A stretch of 64,000 nt of DNA from Candidatus Micrarchaeota archaeon (GTDB lineage: Archaea > Micrarchaeota > Micrarchaeia > Anstonellales > Bilamarchaeaceae): positions 172,976 through 236,975 of the forward strand of contig JBBSVO010000006.1 of assembly GCA_038046805.1 (NCBI GenBank), read 5' to 3'. Each line of letters starts with the position of its first letter. The first letter of the stretch is position 1. Under the pieces are notes generated by a model, which saw only the letters and a program-made list of their open reading frames with translations, ran no database searches and was not told where the DNA came from. This document shows positions 37,543 to 46,376 of the stretch, in pieces. Position numbers and translations under genes: made by a program.

Positions 37543-40293
37543 ATGAAAGTGAACCTGAAGAAAATCGGGGCCATAGTCGCAGGCGCGACAATATTGGCCA
37601 GTTCCGTAGCCTTTGCAGGGCTATGGTTTGGAAACACCCAATTGGTAAACGATAACGGCGCACCAGCTGTTAAAGTTGTAGTGGGTGAAGGAGCGGCTGC
37701 CTCAGACGGTGTTGCTGCAGCAAACATTGCGGCAAAAATCGCGAGCTCGGCTTTCAAGAGCCAGGAGCTAAAGGCAGAGCTGAAGGGTGAGCCAACCTGT
37801 TCCGCAGGAAGCGGAGAGGGAAAGTGTGCTATTAGCAATGAAAAAGTAACTCTGGAAATTACAGTTCCGGGTACGATTGCTGAAGGTACATATCAATTGC
37901 AGACCCTTATCGGCGACAACGTAGACAGACTGTTGGTTGACAGAGGTGCAAACAGCCTCAGTACCAGTGGTTATGCGTTTGGATCTGATGCAACGGACAC
38001 ATCAAACCCGTTCACAGACAGTTCGACTTATTTGTCTGGTGGTCCATCCGATACGTCAATCTTTAAGGTTGATGGTGGAATGTTCACACCGTTTGCAAAA
38101 TACACTGTAGAGGACCCATATGCGGGAAAGACCTATACAGAAGAGCAGACAATGTGGGTTAAGGGTAAAACAAGATACTCTGAGTCAAAGGATGCAATCG
38201 TTGCAGATCTTGACACTCTTGCATATGTATTGAAATTCAAGGGTGCAACAGATGATCTGGGTATCCAGAAGTGTACAACGCCAACAAATACGACATTGTA
38301 CGCCTCATGTACCTCAACAAGCAACTCAGACTACCTGACAAGCACACACAAGACACAAGTTAGTTTCTTGGGTGAACCATGGGTAATCAGCGAAATGGAT
38401 CCGCCAACAACGGCCCTGACAACAGAAACAGGCCTTGTATCTGGTGGTTACGTTAAGCTGGCAAAGGAATCAGTAACAGGCGTTCTTAACCAGGGAGATT
38501 CATTCGACTTGGGTGACGTGAAGATTGTACTGGATGACCTGGAAGCCCACGGTGAAACAGTCGCAGCTATAGTATCTATAGTTGACAAAGCCACTGAAAA
38601 AGTCTTGAAAAAAGACAAGGCATCAGTAGGAACAACAAAGGAGATAAGTGCAGGTGGAAAAATCTATAGAGTTCACCTCTACAAAGTTGCTCCAGGTTAT
38701 ACCTACGGTGCAAAGTGGGCCGACATGGCAGTTTACTCGAAAGAGTTAAAACTCCAGAGCGGTTCCAGGCTTGACCCGGACTACGACAACAACAAAGAAT
38801 GGAGAGTTGTCCTTGGTTGGAAAAACAAGGGTGGCGCATCAACAGACGATGATCCAGACTCATTGAGAATGGTAGGCGTTTGGACAAGCGATGCATACAA
38901 CCTGATAAACAACAACCTCGTAAAAGGAGACTATGCTCCGTTGGTTCAGGACCCAGTCAAGTGGAAATTGAGCTTTGCCGGACTCACTACGGTTGAGTAC
39001 GACTCACTCAAATTCACCATGACAAGGGACAGCGCAAAGAACAACATGCAGTACATTCGTGTAACTGGTACGGCTGATGCACAGATCTGCAACTTATCTG
39101 CCCCGTATGTATATGTATCATCCTCTAAAGATGGTGCAGTATTTACGATTAGCGGTGCTGCAGGTGGATCAGGTTCTGGTGCGTCCAACAAGTTCTATGT
39201 AGCTGTTGGAGGAATTGACTGCAACACAACTGACACGGCAAACATGCCATCTGGTTCGGTTCTTATGCCTGAATCATCCACAAGCGATGATTACTGGGTA
39301 TTGAGAAACTACTCTGGTCCAACCGGTACGCTGAACGTCACTTACTCATTGGCTGGAGATTCCCAGACCTATGCGTCAGGTGGTGTGATTTCAGTCCAAA
39401 ACTGGAGTGCTGCGAACACAACTGCAAACGGCTCGATGAGCGAGTTGAGGATGAACTTTTCCGGAAGCCAGTTAACTAACTGGGTATTCGGTGTATCCGA
39501 AAAGGCGGGTACAGGGGAATCCTATACCTACTCAGACCACTTTATCTTTGGTCTTGATGTAGCGACCCAGGCATCTTCGTCAACATTTAATTATGACGAA
39601 ACAACCTACCCGGTCGGCGACACATCTGGTACGGCGCAGTATTTGTTCAAGAAGGACTATGTAAGGTATGTCTTTGCTGGCCCAACTGATACGGGCAACA
39701 CAACCAAAGAAGAGGGATTCATTTCAGAAAGAGGATCCCAATTCGTGGCTGTAGACGATGAGTCTGTGCAATTCAAGATTGCAAAAGACCTGGCATATGC
39801 CAAATTCGTCTTGGCTGCTGCAGAAGGTTCATCTAGCACCGAGGCAACCACAAAGATTCTTGGAGAGGGTGATGAGACATCAGTTAGCGGTGTCAAAATA
39901 AAAGTAAAAGACATCAGCGAAACTGTTGGCGCATGCAGTGTTGGAACTGGTGCGGCTCCGGCATGCACGGTTGACACAGCGGGTCAATCTGCAGTTATAA
40001 TGCCTGAGGACAAAGCATCAGTGATGGCAGCATTGCCATACTCTGGCTCTCTCGCAGGATTGGTAGTTCTTGACAAGGATGCATCAGACACGGACGTACT
40101 CGTTACGGTCGGTGGTCCTGCAGTCAACACTGTCACTGCGGCTGCACTCGAAGGTTCTGCGGTTGACTTTACTGCAACACCAGTTGTAGTAAAGGAAGTA
40201 GTTGCTGGCAAGAAGATTGTCGTAGCAGGTTTGACTGCTGATGACACACTTTCTGCTGCGGCTGACTTCGTATCCCAGCTTAAGAGCCAGTAA
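37543..40293 (+). CDS. S-layer protein
   Basis: KKIGAI signal, VVVGEGAAASDGVAAANIA, C-terminal VGGPAVNTVT and VVAG...DT; SD GAGGTGA; many N-x-S/T sequons. Confidence 0.92.
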   Translation: MKVNLKKIGAIVAGATILASSVAFAGLWFGNTQLVNDNGAPAVKVVVGEGAAASDGVAAANIAAKIASSAFKSQELKAELKGEPTCSAGSGEGKCAISNEKVTLEITVPGTIAEGTYQLQTLIGDNVDRLLVDRGANSLSTSGYAFGSDATDTSNPFTDSSTYLSGGPSDTSIFKVDGGMFTPFAKYTVEDPYAGKTYTEEQTMWVKGKTRYSESKDAIVADLDTLAYVLKFKGATDDLGIQKCTTPTNTTLYASCTSTSNSDYLTSTHKTQVSFLGEPWVISEMDPPTTALTTETGLVSGGYVKLAKESVTGVLNQGDSFDLGDVKIVLDDLEAHGETVAAIVSIVDKATEKVLKKDKASVGTTKEISAGGKIYRVHLYKVAPGYTYGAKWADMAVYSKELKLQSGSRLDPDYDNNKEWRVVLGWKNKGGASTDDDPDSLRMVGVWTSDAYNLINNNLVKGDYAPLVQDPVKWKLSFAGLTTVEYDSLKFTMTRDSAKNNMQYIRVTGTADAQICNLSAPYVYVSSSKDGAVFTISGAAGGSGSGASNKFYVAVGGIDCNTTDTANMPSGSVLMPESSTSDDYWVLRNYSGPTGTLNVTYSLAGDSQTYASGGVISVQNWSAANTTANGSMSELRMNFSGSQLTNWVFGVSEKAGTGESYTYSDHFIFGLDVATQASSSTFNYDETTYPVGDTSGTAQYLFKKDYVRYVFAGPTDTGNTTKEEGFISERGSQFVAVDDESVQFKIAKDLAYAKFVLAAAEGSSSTEATTKILGEGDETSVSGVKIKVKDISETVGACSVGTGAAPACTVDTAGQSAVIMPEDKASVMAALPYSGSLAGLVVLDKDASDTDVLVTVGGPAVNTVTAAALEGSAVDFTATPVVVKEVVAGKKIVVAGLTADDTLSAAADFVSQLKSQ

Positions 40294-40324
40294 AGTGCTG
40301 AACTAAGGAACGGATAAAACCGTT

Positions 40325-40380
40325 CCTCTTTCTTTCTTTTTCTATTTTTTATTTTTCTTTTCTAATTTTTATTTAATTTT
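40325..40380 (+). terminator. Oligo-T terminator after the S-layer gene
   Basis: GAACGG/CCGTTC hairpin followed by long T-rich tract. Confidence 0.6.
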
Positions 40381-40546
40381 CAAGGGTGACGCGTAAGTAA
40401 GCCGGGGAATACAGAACCATCTAAGTGAGATATCGTTTTTGGATATCGAAACCAGAAACTGCGTTGAATCAAGGCTCATTGCCCACAGCTCAAGGCTCAC
40501 GGCAATCCAACCACTTATATAAACCTCACGTGCCTAGTTCTTCCTT

Positions 40547-41338
40547 ATGTTGTGTTCCCGTTGTGGTCAGGAAGGACATACGGAATATGGTCCTGATGGC
40601 CAGTCTTATTGCTCTTCATGCTCATTTTATGGGATGAACAAGCCTTGTTGGAAGTGTAGGATGTATCTTCCCAGTTCAGAGCTTCAACAGTGGAGGGGTC
40701 AGTGGACTTGTCCGTATTGTAGGATGGACCTACAGGATGAAGAGCAACGCATTGAAAAAAAACACGAGAGACACGAAACCCCAACGACTGTGCATGGGCA
40801 TGAAGGTGGCGAATACGTTCCTGCAAAACCAATGGGATTTGGTACTGGTGGAATGGCCGAAGCGCATGCCGAGGGCGAACGTCGCCTTGATTTTGGTGCA
40901 GAACAGGAAACCTGCGACAGGTGCAGGCGAAAGCTTACTATGGTGTATATCATCAATGGAAAAAAGTTCTGCGAGGTCTGCATGGAAGCCGAGAAAAAAA
41001 ATTGGGAAAGGGCGGATGCAAGGCCAATGATCGTTCGATTCAGAGCAAAAGGCAATGAAGGCCTGCTTGTAAGCCTTCTTCGCAAAATGGGCGTTGCCCT
41101 TGGGGATTACATAAGAAAAAAACGGGAAGAAAAGGTGGAAAAGGAAAAAACTCTGCTATGGAAAAAAGAACTTCACGAGAACAAAGGGAAACTGGAAAAA
41201 CCAACTGTGGAAAAACCGGAAAAACAAGGAGACCCTGAAATCTCCCCAACACAAAAGAAAAAGCACCCGAAGCCAGAGTTTGAAAAACATACGAATGACT
41301 CCGAGACGGAACTCGCGGAAAAAAAGAAAAAAGATTAA
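40547..41338 (+). CDS. Multi zinc-finger hypothetical protein
   Basis: Six CxxC motifs; Lys/Glu-rich tail. Confidence 0.7.
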   Translation: MLCSRCGQEGHTEYGPDGQSYCSSCSFYGMNKPCWKCRMYLPSSELQQWRGQWTCPYCRMDLQDEEQRIEKKHERHETPTTVHGHEGGEYVPAKPMGFGTGGMAEAHAEGERRLDFGAEQETCDRCRRKLTMVYIINGKKFCEVCMEAEKKNWERADARPMIVRFRAKGNEGLLVSLLRKMGVALGDYIRKKREEKVEKEKTLLWKKELHENKGKLEKPTVEKPEKQGDPEISPTQKKKHPKPEFEKHTNDSETELAEKKKKD

Positions 41339-41340
41339 AC

Positions 41341-41398
41341 GCTAGACGCAAGACTCAGGACTCAAGACCCAAGACTCCAGACACATACCCCGAGACCC
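41341..41398. repeat. 7-nt-periodic repeat
   Basis: gctagac gcaagac tcaggac tcaagac ccaagac tccagac. Confidence 0.8.
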
Positions 41399-41458
41399 CC
41401 TCTATTTTTATTTTTTGCCGCATTTATCCCGCGTATGTGTGCCCGGTTTGTCCAGAAA

Positions 41459-42772
41459 ATGAGCTATAAGTACGAATTTTCAGAGGGCGAACTGAAGCCA
41501 CTTGTTGATATTCAGACAATGCTTGAGGATGACGATCCGTTGCAGCAGTTCTCTAAATTCATGGAAAAAGTAGAACCGCCAGCCAAAGAAGCGAAGAAAG
41601 ACATTTCGGTTGCTATCGCAGAAGTACAGGATGATGTTGCATCACACTCTGATTCGTCATTAACAAGCATGCAGGGAGCGACCGAAAGAGAGGACGTTCA
41701 ATCCTCCCACTACGTCATCACGTTCTTCAATCCAGAAACAGGAAAGGCAGAGGTTCTCGGTGTTTCCTCGGAAATCCGGGTTAAGGATTATGCAAAGAAA
41801 GTGATAGAAGAATCTCTAGGCCAGCAATCAACATTGCCATTATATACGTTTATAGCAACTCCCATCATTCGCAAGGAAGTCAATCCATATCTTCTTGAAG
41901 ACCTCATTAACAATATGGAATATGGTACCCCGCCCCCATTTGGCGGTTCGGTAAAAATTTCAACCGAAAAATCTGCCGCAATATTGCGTGAAAAAGCAGC
42001 TTCGGTAAAACAGAGCGAAATCGTGGCGGTATCCAGGCTGGAACAAAGACAAAAAAATAAACGCGCAGATGAAATTCAAGAGCCCGTCATTGTGGCGACA
42101 TCCGAAGTCAAGAAAGAAAAACCCTCCAATTTGAGTGCGGAACACTATAACAAAGCGCTTCGCGCGGATCAACACGACAAAGCGCTTCGCGCGAAACACA
42201 ACGAACCAGAACAATTCGGGACAAAGCAGTTAATCGAACCTGTTCCGATAGATATCGAGCATGTTCCAATAAACGCAGGTCGTTCTATCAAATCATCTGC
42301 TCATAGTTCTGAAATAGTTTCAGCTACTCAAAATACAAAACTAGTCAAAGCATCCGAGCAATTACCGCATTCTGTTTCCGTTTCTCAGAAAAAGGAAAAA
42401 ACATATGTGCCTGCCATTAAGTCCGAAGTCGTGCTTGAACCTTCTGTTAAACATGCAATAGAAGAAAGCATTGTCAGGAAAGAACGTGCAGAGACGGATA
42501 TTGGTCAAGAAATTGTTTCAATCGAGCGGGTTGTGGTGTCAATTCGCGATAGGCATATCCCGCTGGAAAAGGCAATCCTTGCCCTCCCCCCAATAACCAG
42601 GGCACGCTTCAGTGCAGTTGTAAAAAAGAAGCACCTTCCTGCATCAATGATTCTCTCTCTTTTGGAAAAGGACATCTCTTTCCTAAAATCAGTCAAAAAG
42701 AAGCTTGCAACGCTTTCGTTTGATGACCTGCTTTCCGTGGTTCGCGCAGTTAAATCTCTTTCTGCGAAATAG
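41459..42772 (+). CDS. Hypothetical protein with low-complexity middle
   Basis: Long ORF; internal KALRA duplication (42150..42193). Confidence 0.65.
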   Translation: MSYKYEFSEGELKPLVDIQTMLEDDDPLQQFSKFMEKVEPPAKEAKKDISVAIAEVQDDVASHSDSSLTSMQGATEREDVQSSHYVITFFNPETGKAEVLGVSSEIRVKDYAKKVIEESLGQQSTLPLYTFIATPIIRKEVNPYLLEDLINNMEYGTPPPFGGSVKISTEKSAAILREKAASVKQSEIVAVSRLEQRQKNKRADEIQEPVIVATSEVKKEKPSNLSAEHYNKALRADQHDKALRAKHNEPEQFGTKQLIEPVPIDIEHVPINAGRSIKSSAHSSEIVSATQNTKLVKASEQLPHSVSVSQKKEKTYVPAIKSEVVLEPSVKHAIEESIVRKERAETDIGQEIVSIERVVVSIRDRHIPLEKAILALPPITRARFSAVVKKKHLPASMILSLLEKDISFLKSVKKKLATLSFDDLLSVVRAVKSLSAK

Positions 42773-42825
42773 CCATGAGCCTTGGGCCATGAGCCTCGGA
42801 TGTATTTTGAATAAAAATAAAAAAA

Positions 42826-43056
42826 AGCCTCAAGAGAGATTTGAACTCCCGACCTCCTCCTTTCTACACCCAATCTCCCCGTAAGAGGGGGTTTGGGCGG
42901 CATGAAAGGCACTAAGGGGGACGCTTCCCCCTTTGGGCCTTCTACAAGAGAGGCGCTCTACATCCAGAAGTCTTGCGTTTCGTATTCCGTGTTTTGAGCC
43001 GGATAAGACTCAGGACAATAGGACAAAACCCAAAACTTTCACTGAGCTATTGAGGC
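42826..43056 (-). tRNA. tRNA-Thr(UGU) with introns at 18/19 (42962..43039, 78 nt) and 37/38 (42862..42942, 81 nt)
   Basis: GCCTCAA/TTGAGGC+U73, CCTCT-CTTGTAA-GGAGG, GTTCAAATC; D-loop BHB TCAG/CTGG with TG|A and AT|G bulges. Confidence 0.85.
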
Positions 43057-43141
43057 TATGTATGATTTTTTGTGCCACGTATGTATTTAAAGGATTTCCA
43101 TATATAGTTTTTTCACTAACTTGTTGTTTAGGTGAATCTTT

Positions 43142-43294
43142 ATGGGTAAATTTCCAGAAGCTGATGCTGAAATATCAAAAATAATGATCTGTAGAAAATG
43201 TAAGTCAAGGAATCCAAAAGGGCTTAAAAAATGCAGAAAATGCGGCTCCCAATACCTTAGACCAAAGAAGAAGGAAATAAGGGCAAAGAAGTAA
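43142..43294 (+). CDS. rpl40e: 50S ribosomal protein L40e (not in the ORF track)
   Basis: MGKFPEA...ICRKCKSRNP...KCRKCGSQYLRPKKKE. Confidence 0.93.
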   Translation: MGKFPEADAEISKIMICRKCKSRNPKGLKKCRKCGSQYLRPKKKEIRAKK

Positions 43295-43323
43295 CGGTCA
43301 TGTGCCGTTAATCTGGTGAAAAT

Positions 43324-43608
43324 ATGAACATTGGAGATCTTAAGGCAGGTTCAAAGGAAGTTTCGATAGACGCAGAAGTTGTTAGCATAGATTCTGTACG
43401 GGAAATCAACAAATACGGAAGAACCCTTCGTGTTGCGAATGCAAAAATCGAAGACAAGAGCGGTTCAATAACGTTGGTTTTGTGGAATGACGACATAGAC
43501 AAGGTCAAGGAAGGTTCGAAGATAAAAATCGAAAATGGCTATGTTAACGAATGGCAGAACAACCTGCAGCTAACAAGGGGAAAATTCGGAACGCTTACTG
43601 TTTCATAA
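43324..43608 (+). CDS. ssb: Single-OB-fold ssDNA-binding protein
   Basis: RVANAKIEDKSGSITLVLWN...IENGYVNEWQ...GKFG. Confidence 0.85.
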   Translation: MNIGDLKAGSKEVSIDAEVVSIDSVREINKYGRTLRVANAKIEDKSGSITLVLWNDDIDKVKEGSKIKIENGYVNEWQNNLQLTRGKFGTLTVS

Positions 43609-43621
43609 TCCCTCGAGTTCA

Positions 43622-44002
43622 TTAGCCTATCTTTATTTTTCCGCCATAGTTTTCTATTTTTATTTTTTTGTTTCCGCTTCCCTCAATCCTGCACGTAGTG
43701 TTTTTATGAATCGTTTTCGTTTCACTACCAGGATTAGAAACCATAAATCCGCTTTCGGTTCCGCTTACTGAATTTTCTCCGGAGATTTCAATTCCACGCG
43801 AGTTTCCACTCCCAAGTGCGCAAACCGCTTCTATTTCTATGAATAACTTTTCCGCGTTTGACTCCAGCTCTATCTGTTTTTTCTGTTCTTCCGCGTAATT
43901 CCTAATCCCGCTTAATGCAGCTATGGAAAAGGTTAGTGCTGCCAACATAATAAGCGCCAAAAATAGATACTCAATCGAAACTTGGCCACGGGACATAATC
44001 AT
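43622..44002 (-). CDS. Class III signal peptide (pilin-like) protein
   Basis: RG/QVSIEY followed by hydrophobic helix. Confidence 0.8.
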   Translation of the reverse strand: MIMSRGQVSIEYLFLALIMLAALTFSIAALSGIRNYAEEQKKQIELESNAEKLFIEIEAVCALGSGNSRGIEISGENSVSGTESGFMVSNPGSETKTIHKNTTCRIEGSGNKKIKIENYGGKIKIG

Positions 44003-44061
44003 ACCTTGTCTCTAGCTTTTGGGTAGTGGCTAGGGGTTAGTACCTGAAAGCCAGTAGCCAA

Positions 44062-44325
44062 TCATGTGCATGATTTTTCCTGGGTATTGCAGTTATTGGA
44101 CTGGCAATCTATGTCATCCACGCAAAAATCTCCACTTTTTCCTTTTACTGCCTGTTCTGTCTTTTCTAAAATAGATGCACTCTGAACCCCTATTTTTTCG
44201 CTGGTTTTTTGCGCAGTGCCTATTAGCTGGGTTGCCACAATTGCTACTATTGCCAGTATGACTGCAATCAGAATCAGCATTTCTGCGGATAATTGCCCCT
44301 TTACAACATTTGTGGTGTTATCCAT
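44062..44325 (-). CDS. Class III signal peptide pilin
   Basis: KG/QLSAEML plus hydrophobic helix; Cys-rich C-terminus. Confidence 0.82.
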   Translation of the reverse strand: MDNTTNVVKGQLSAEMLILIAVILAIVAIVATQLIGTAQKTSEKIGVQSASILEKTEQAVKGKSGDFCVDDIDCQSNNCNTQEKSCT

Positions 44326-44763
44326 CTACACAACCCTTAAGATTAGTCTTTTCTTCACGTAATTGAGTACCTTTTCGTAATTGATATAATGCGAATATGC
44401 GGTTAATTCCATAGGGTAATTCCCATCTCTTGTCTGGTTGCTTCCCCAGATAGGGATAACCAATTCTACGGAAACCCCTGCCTTTATTTCTCCAAGTCTT
44501 TTTTCCATATGCTTGTTTATGCAGGTTGGTTCAAATCCAATCATTTCCTTTTTTGGAAGTAGGATATCTACAGATACCAGTTGCAGTTCATTCGTAGTAT
44601 TCGTCAATTTGACGATCATCCTCACCATGTTATCCTTTCTTGCAGACAATCTTACTGGAACAAAAGAAGTAACTACGTTGAATGGGGCATTGGATTGTTG
44701 TACCTCTGTCCGAACTTCTTTGCGTTCACTAGAACTTCCCATCAATGAATCTAAAAATCCCAT
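44326..44763 (-). CDS. Hypothetical beta-rich protein
   Basis: SD GGTGA before MGFLDSL. Confidence 0.65.
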   Translation of the reverse strand: MGFLDSLMGSSSERKEVRTEVQQSNAPFNVVTSFVPVRLSARKDNMVRMIVKLTNTTNELQLVSVDILLPKKEMIGFEPTCINKHMEKRLGEIKAGVSVELVIPIWGSNQTRDGNYPMELTAYSHYINYEKVLNYVKKRLILRVV

Positions 44764-44859
44764 TTTGTCACCTTTTACATCTATTATAATTCGTTGCCTT
44801 TTCTGACGTATATGCAAATGGACAGAAACCTTTAAATATAGTTAGTAATAAAGGAAATT

Positions 44860-45210
44860 TGCTAATAAGAAAGACATTCATTTCACGCTCTTTCTTTGTA
44901 TGGGAGGATAACTGGTCGCCTTGCCAGCGCATAATTGCGCTGGCCTCTTTCTATTTGAAGCTTTTTGGATAAGGAGTTATAAGGGCAAAAACCTTCAGGA
45001 AAAACCATGGAGGTTTACGGAATCCTCCCATGCAGGGATTTTAAAAAACAATTGAGCCTTTTTGGCTTAGGGGTTATCAGGGCAAAAACACGTCCGGTTG
45101 AACGGCGATCCGTTCAATGGACCATTGAAACCACCTTGTTTCAATAGGTCGCGAAAAACCATGGAGAAGCCAATAGTTTCGGCGCAATACTCCCATGCAA
45201 AGGATGTTAA
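44860..45210 (+). ncRNA. Candidate structured non-coding RNA or rtcA leader
   Basis: TTTAAATA at 44831..44838; long-range stems with G-U pairs that work on the + strand; duplicated module. Confidence 0.4.
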
Positions 45211-45263
45211 ACTTCTTCTTGCAGTCCACATGTTTTTAACAATAGCGGAACAAATTTTCAATT

Positions 45264-46376
45264 ATGTCCGAAGCACCATTAGTTGAAATAGACGCGTCAA
45301 AGGGAGAAGGCGGTTTGTTTGAACGACGAATCGTCCAAAGCCCGCCTTCCCAAAAAGGCAATTGCATGGTTGAAATAGACGCGTCAAAGGGAGAAGGCGG
45401 CGGTCAGATTATCCGAACTGCCCTTTCACTCTCAGCAATTACCAAAATTCCGGTTCGTATTTTCAATATTCGTGCTAAAAGACCTAATCCTGGCCTTCAG
45501 GCACAGCATCTTATGGCTTGCAAATCCGTTCGCAATATTTGTCGCGGAACTCTTGAACATGCGGAATTAAATAGCAGCGAACTTGTTTTTCATCCAGGGG
45601 AAATCGTCGGGGGCAATTATGAATTTGATATAGGGACTGCGGGTTCTGTTGTTCTTGTTGCCCAGACTTTGATTCCTATTCTTCTATTTGCAAACAAGAA
45701 AAGCACCGTTCGGATAAAGGGCGGTACTCATGTCATGAAATCTCCAAGTTATGATTATTTCGCAGAGGTCTTTGTTCCTGCTCTTCGGAAATTTGGAATC
45801 GCTATTAAAACCCGTGTCTTGAAAATCGGTTTTTATCCTGTTGGCGGAGGAGAAATAGAATTTGAAATAGAACCGAACCTTCCGCATGGTGTGGTGAATT
45901 GGGCAACTCCTGATAATTCTGAAGGAAAAAGAGTATTGATCCGCACTTCCTCGTCTTTGCCCGAACTCATCTCTATTCGCGAAAAGAAAATTTTTGTCCA
46001 GAATAATCTCGAAAATGTGCGGGTATTCTCCGACCAAACTGCTTCACAAGGAAACGCCATCTTGTTCTGGGAAGGTTTCTGCGGAGCATATTCTCTTGGA
46101 GAAAGGGGAAAACGTGCAGAAGTGGTTGCTCAGGAAGCTCTTGATGAATTCAGAAAAGAAGAATCTGCGCAAGCCGACGTAGATAAGCATCTTGCAGACC
46201 AGCTTCTTCTCTACGCGGCCCTTGCTGACGCTTCTGGCGAAAAGGCGGAGACGCGGTTCAAAACATCTGAAATAACGGAACATCTGCGTACGAATGCAGA
46301 AATAATAAAAAAATTCAATAATAAAAAAATAGAAATAAATGAAGAGAAAAAAGAGGTTTTTGTTGGATCACTATAG
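45264..46376 (+). CDS. rtcA: RNA 3'-terminal phosphate cyclase
   Basis: GEGGGQIIRT, RPNPGLQAQH, DIGTAGS, GGTHV, GFYPVGGG, DKHLADQ, TEHLRTN. Alternative start 45366. Confidence 0.93.
   Translation: MSEAPLVEIDASKGEGGLFERRIVQSPPSQKGNCMVEIDASKGEGGGQIIRTALSLSAITKIPVRIFNIRAKRPNPGLQAQHLMACKSVRNICRGTLEHAELNSSELVFHPGEIVGGNYEFDIGTAGSVVLVAQTLIPILLFANKKSTVRIKGGTHVMKSPSYDYFAEVFVPALRKFGIAIKTRVLKIGFYPVGGGEIEFEIEPNLPHGVVNWATPDNSEGKRVLIRTSSSLPELISIREKKIFVQNNLENVRVFSDQTASQGNAILFWEGFCGAYSLGERGKRAEVVAQEALDEFRKEESAQADVDKHLADQLLLYAALADASGEKAETRFKTSEITEHLRTNAEIIKKFNNKKIEINEEKKEVFVGSL
45282..45400 (+). repeat. Perfect 32-bp direct repeat in the rtcA 5' end
   Basis: GTTGAAATAGACGCGTCAAAGGGAGAAGGCGG at 45282..45313 and 45369..45400. 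Confidence 0.9.

Noticed and set aside
42150..42193. 17-bp direct repeat (KALRA twice)
   Set aside because: Local in-frame duplication in a low-complexity linker.
42940..42950. Alternative reading of the Thr gene as tRNA-Tyr (GTA)
   Set aside because: G1-C72, C2-G71, U73 and the stem register fit Thr(UGU).
45124..45146. ATTGAAAC/GTTTCAAT resembling CRISPR repeat ends
   Set aside because: Single inverted pair; no repeat-spacer periodicity and no cas genes.
44860..45210. SRP RNA, RNase P RNA, retron or split-tRNA interpretation
   Set aside because: No helix-8 motif, no P4 consensus, no reverse transcriptase and no tRNA half visible.
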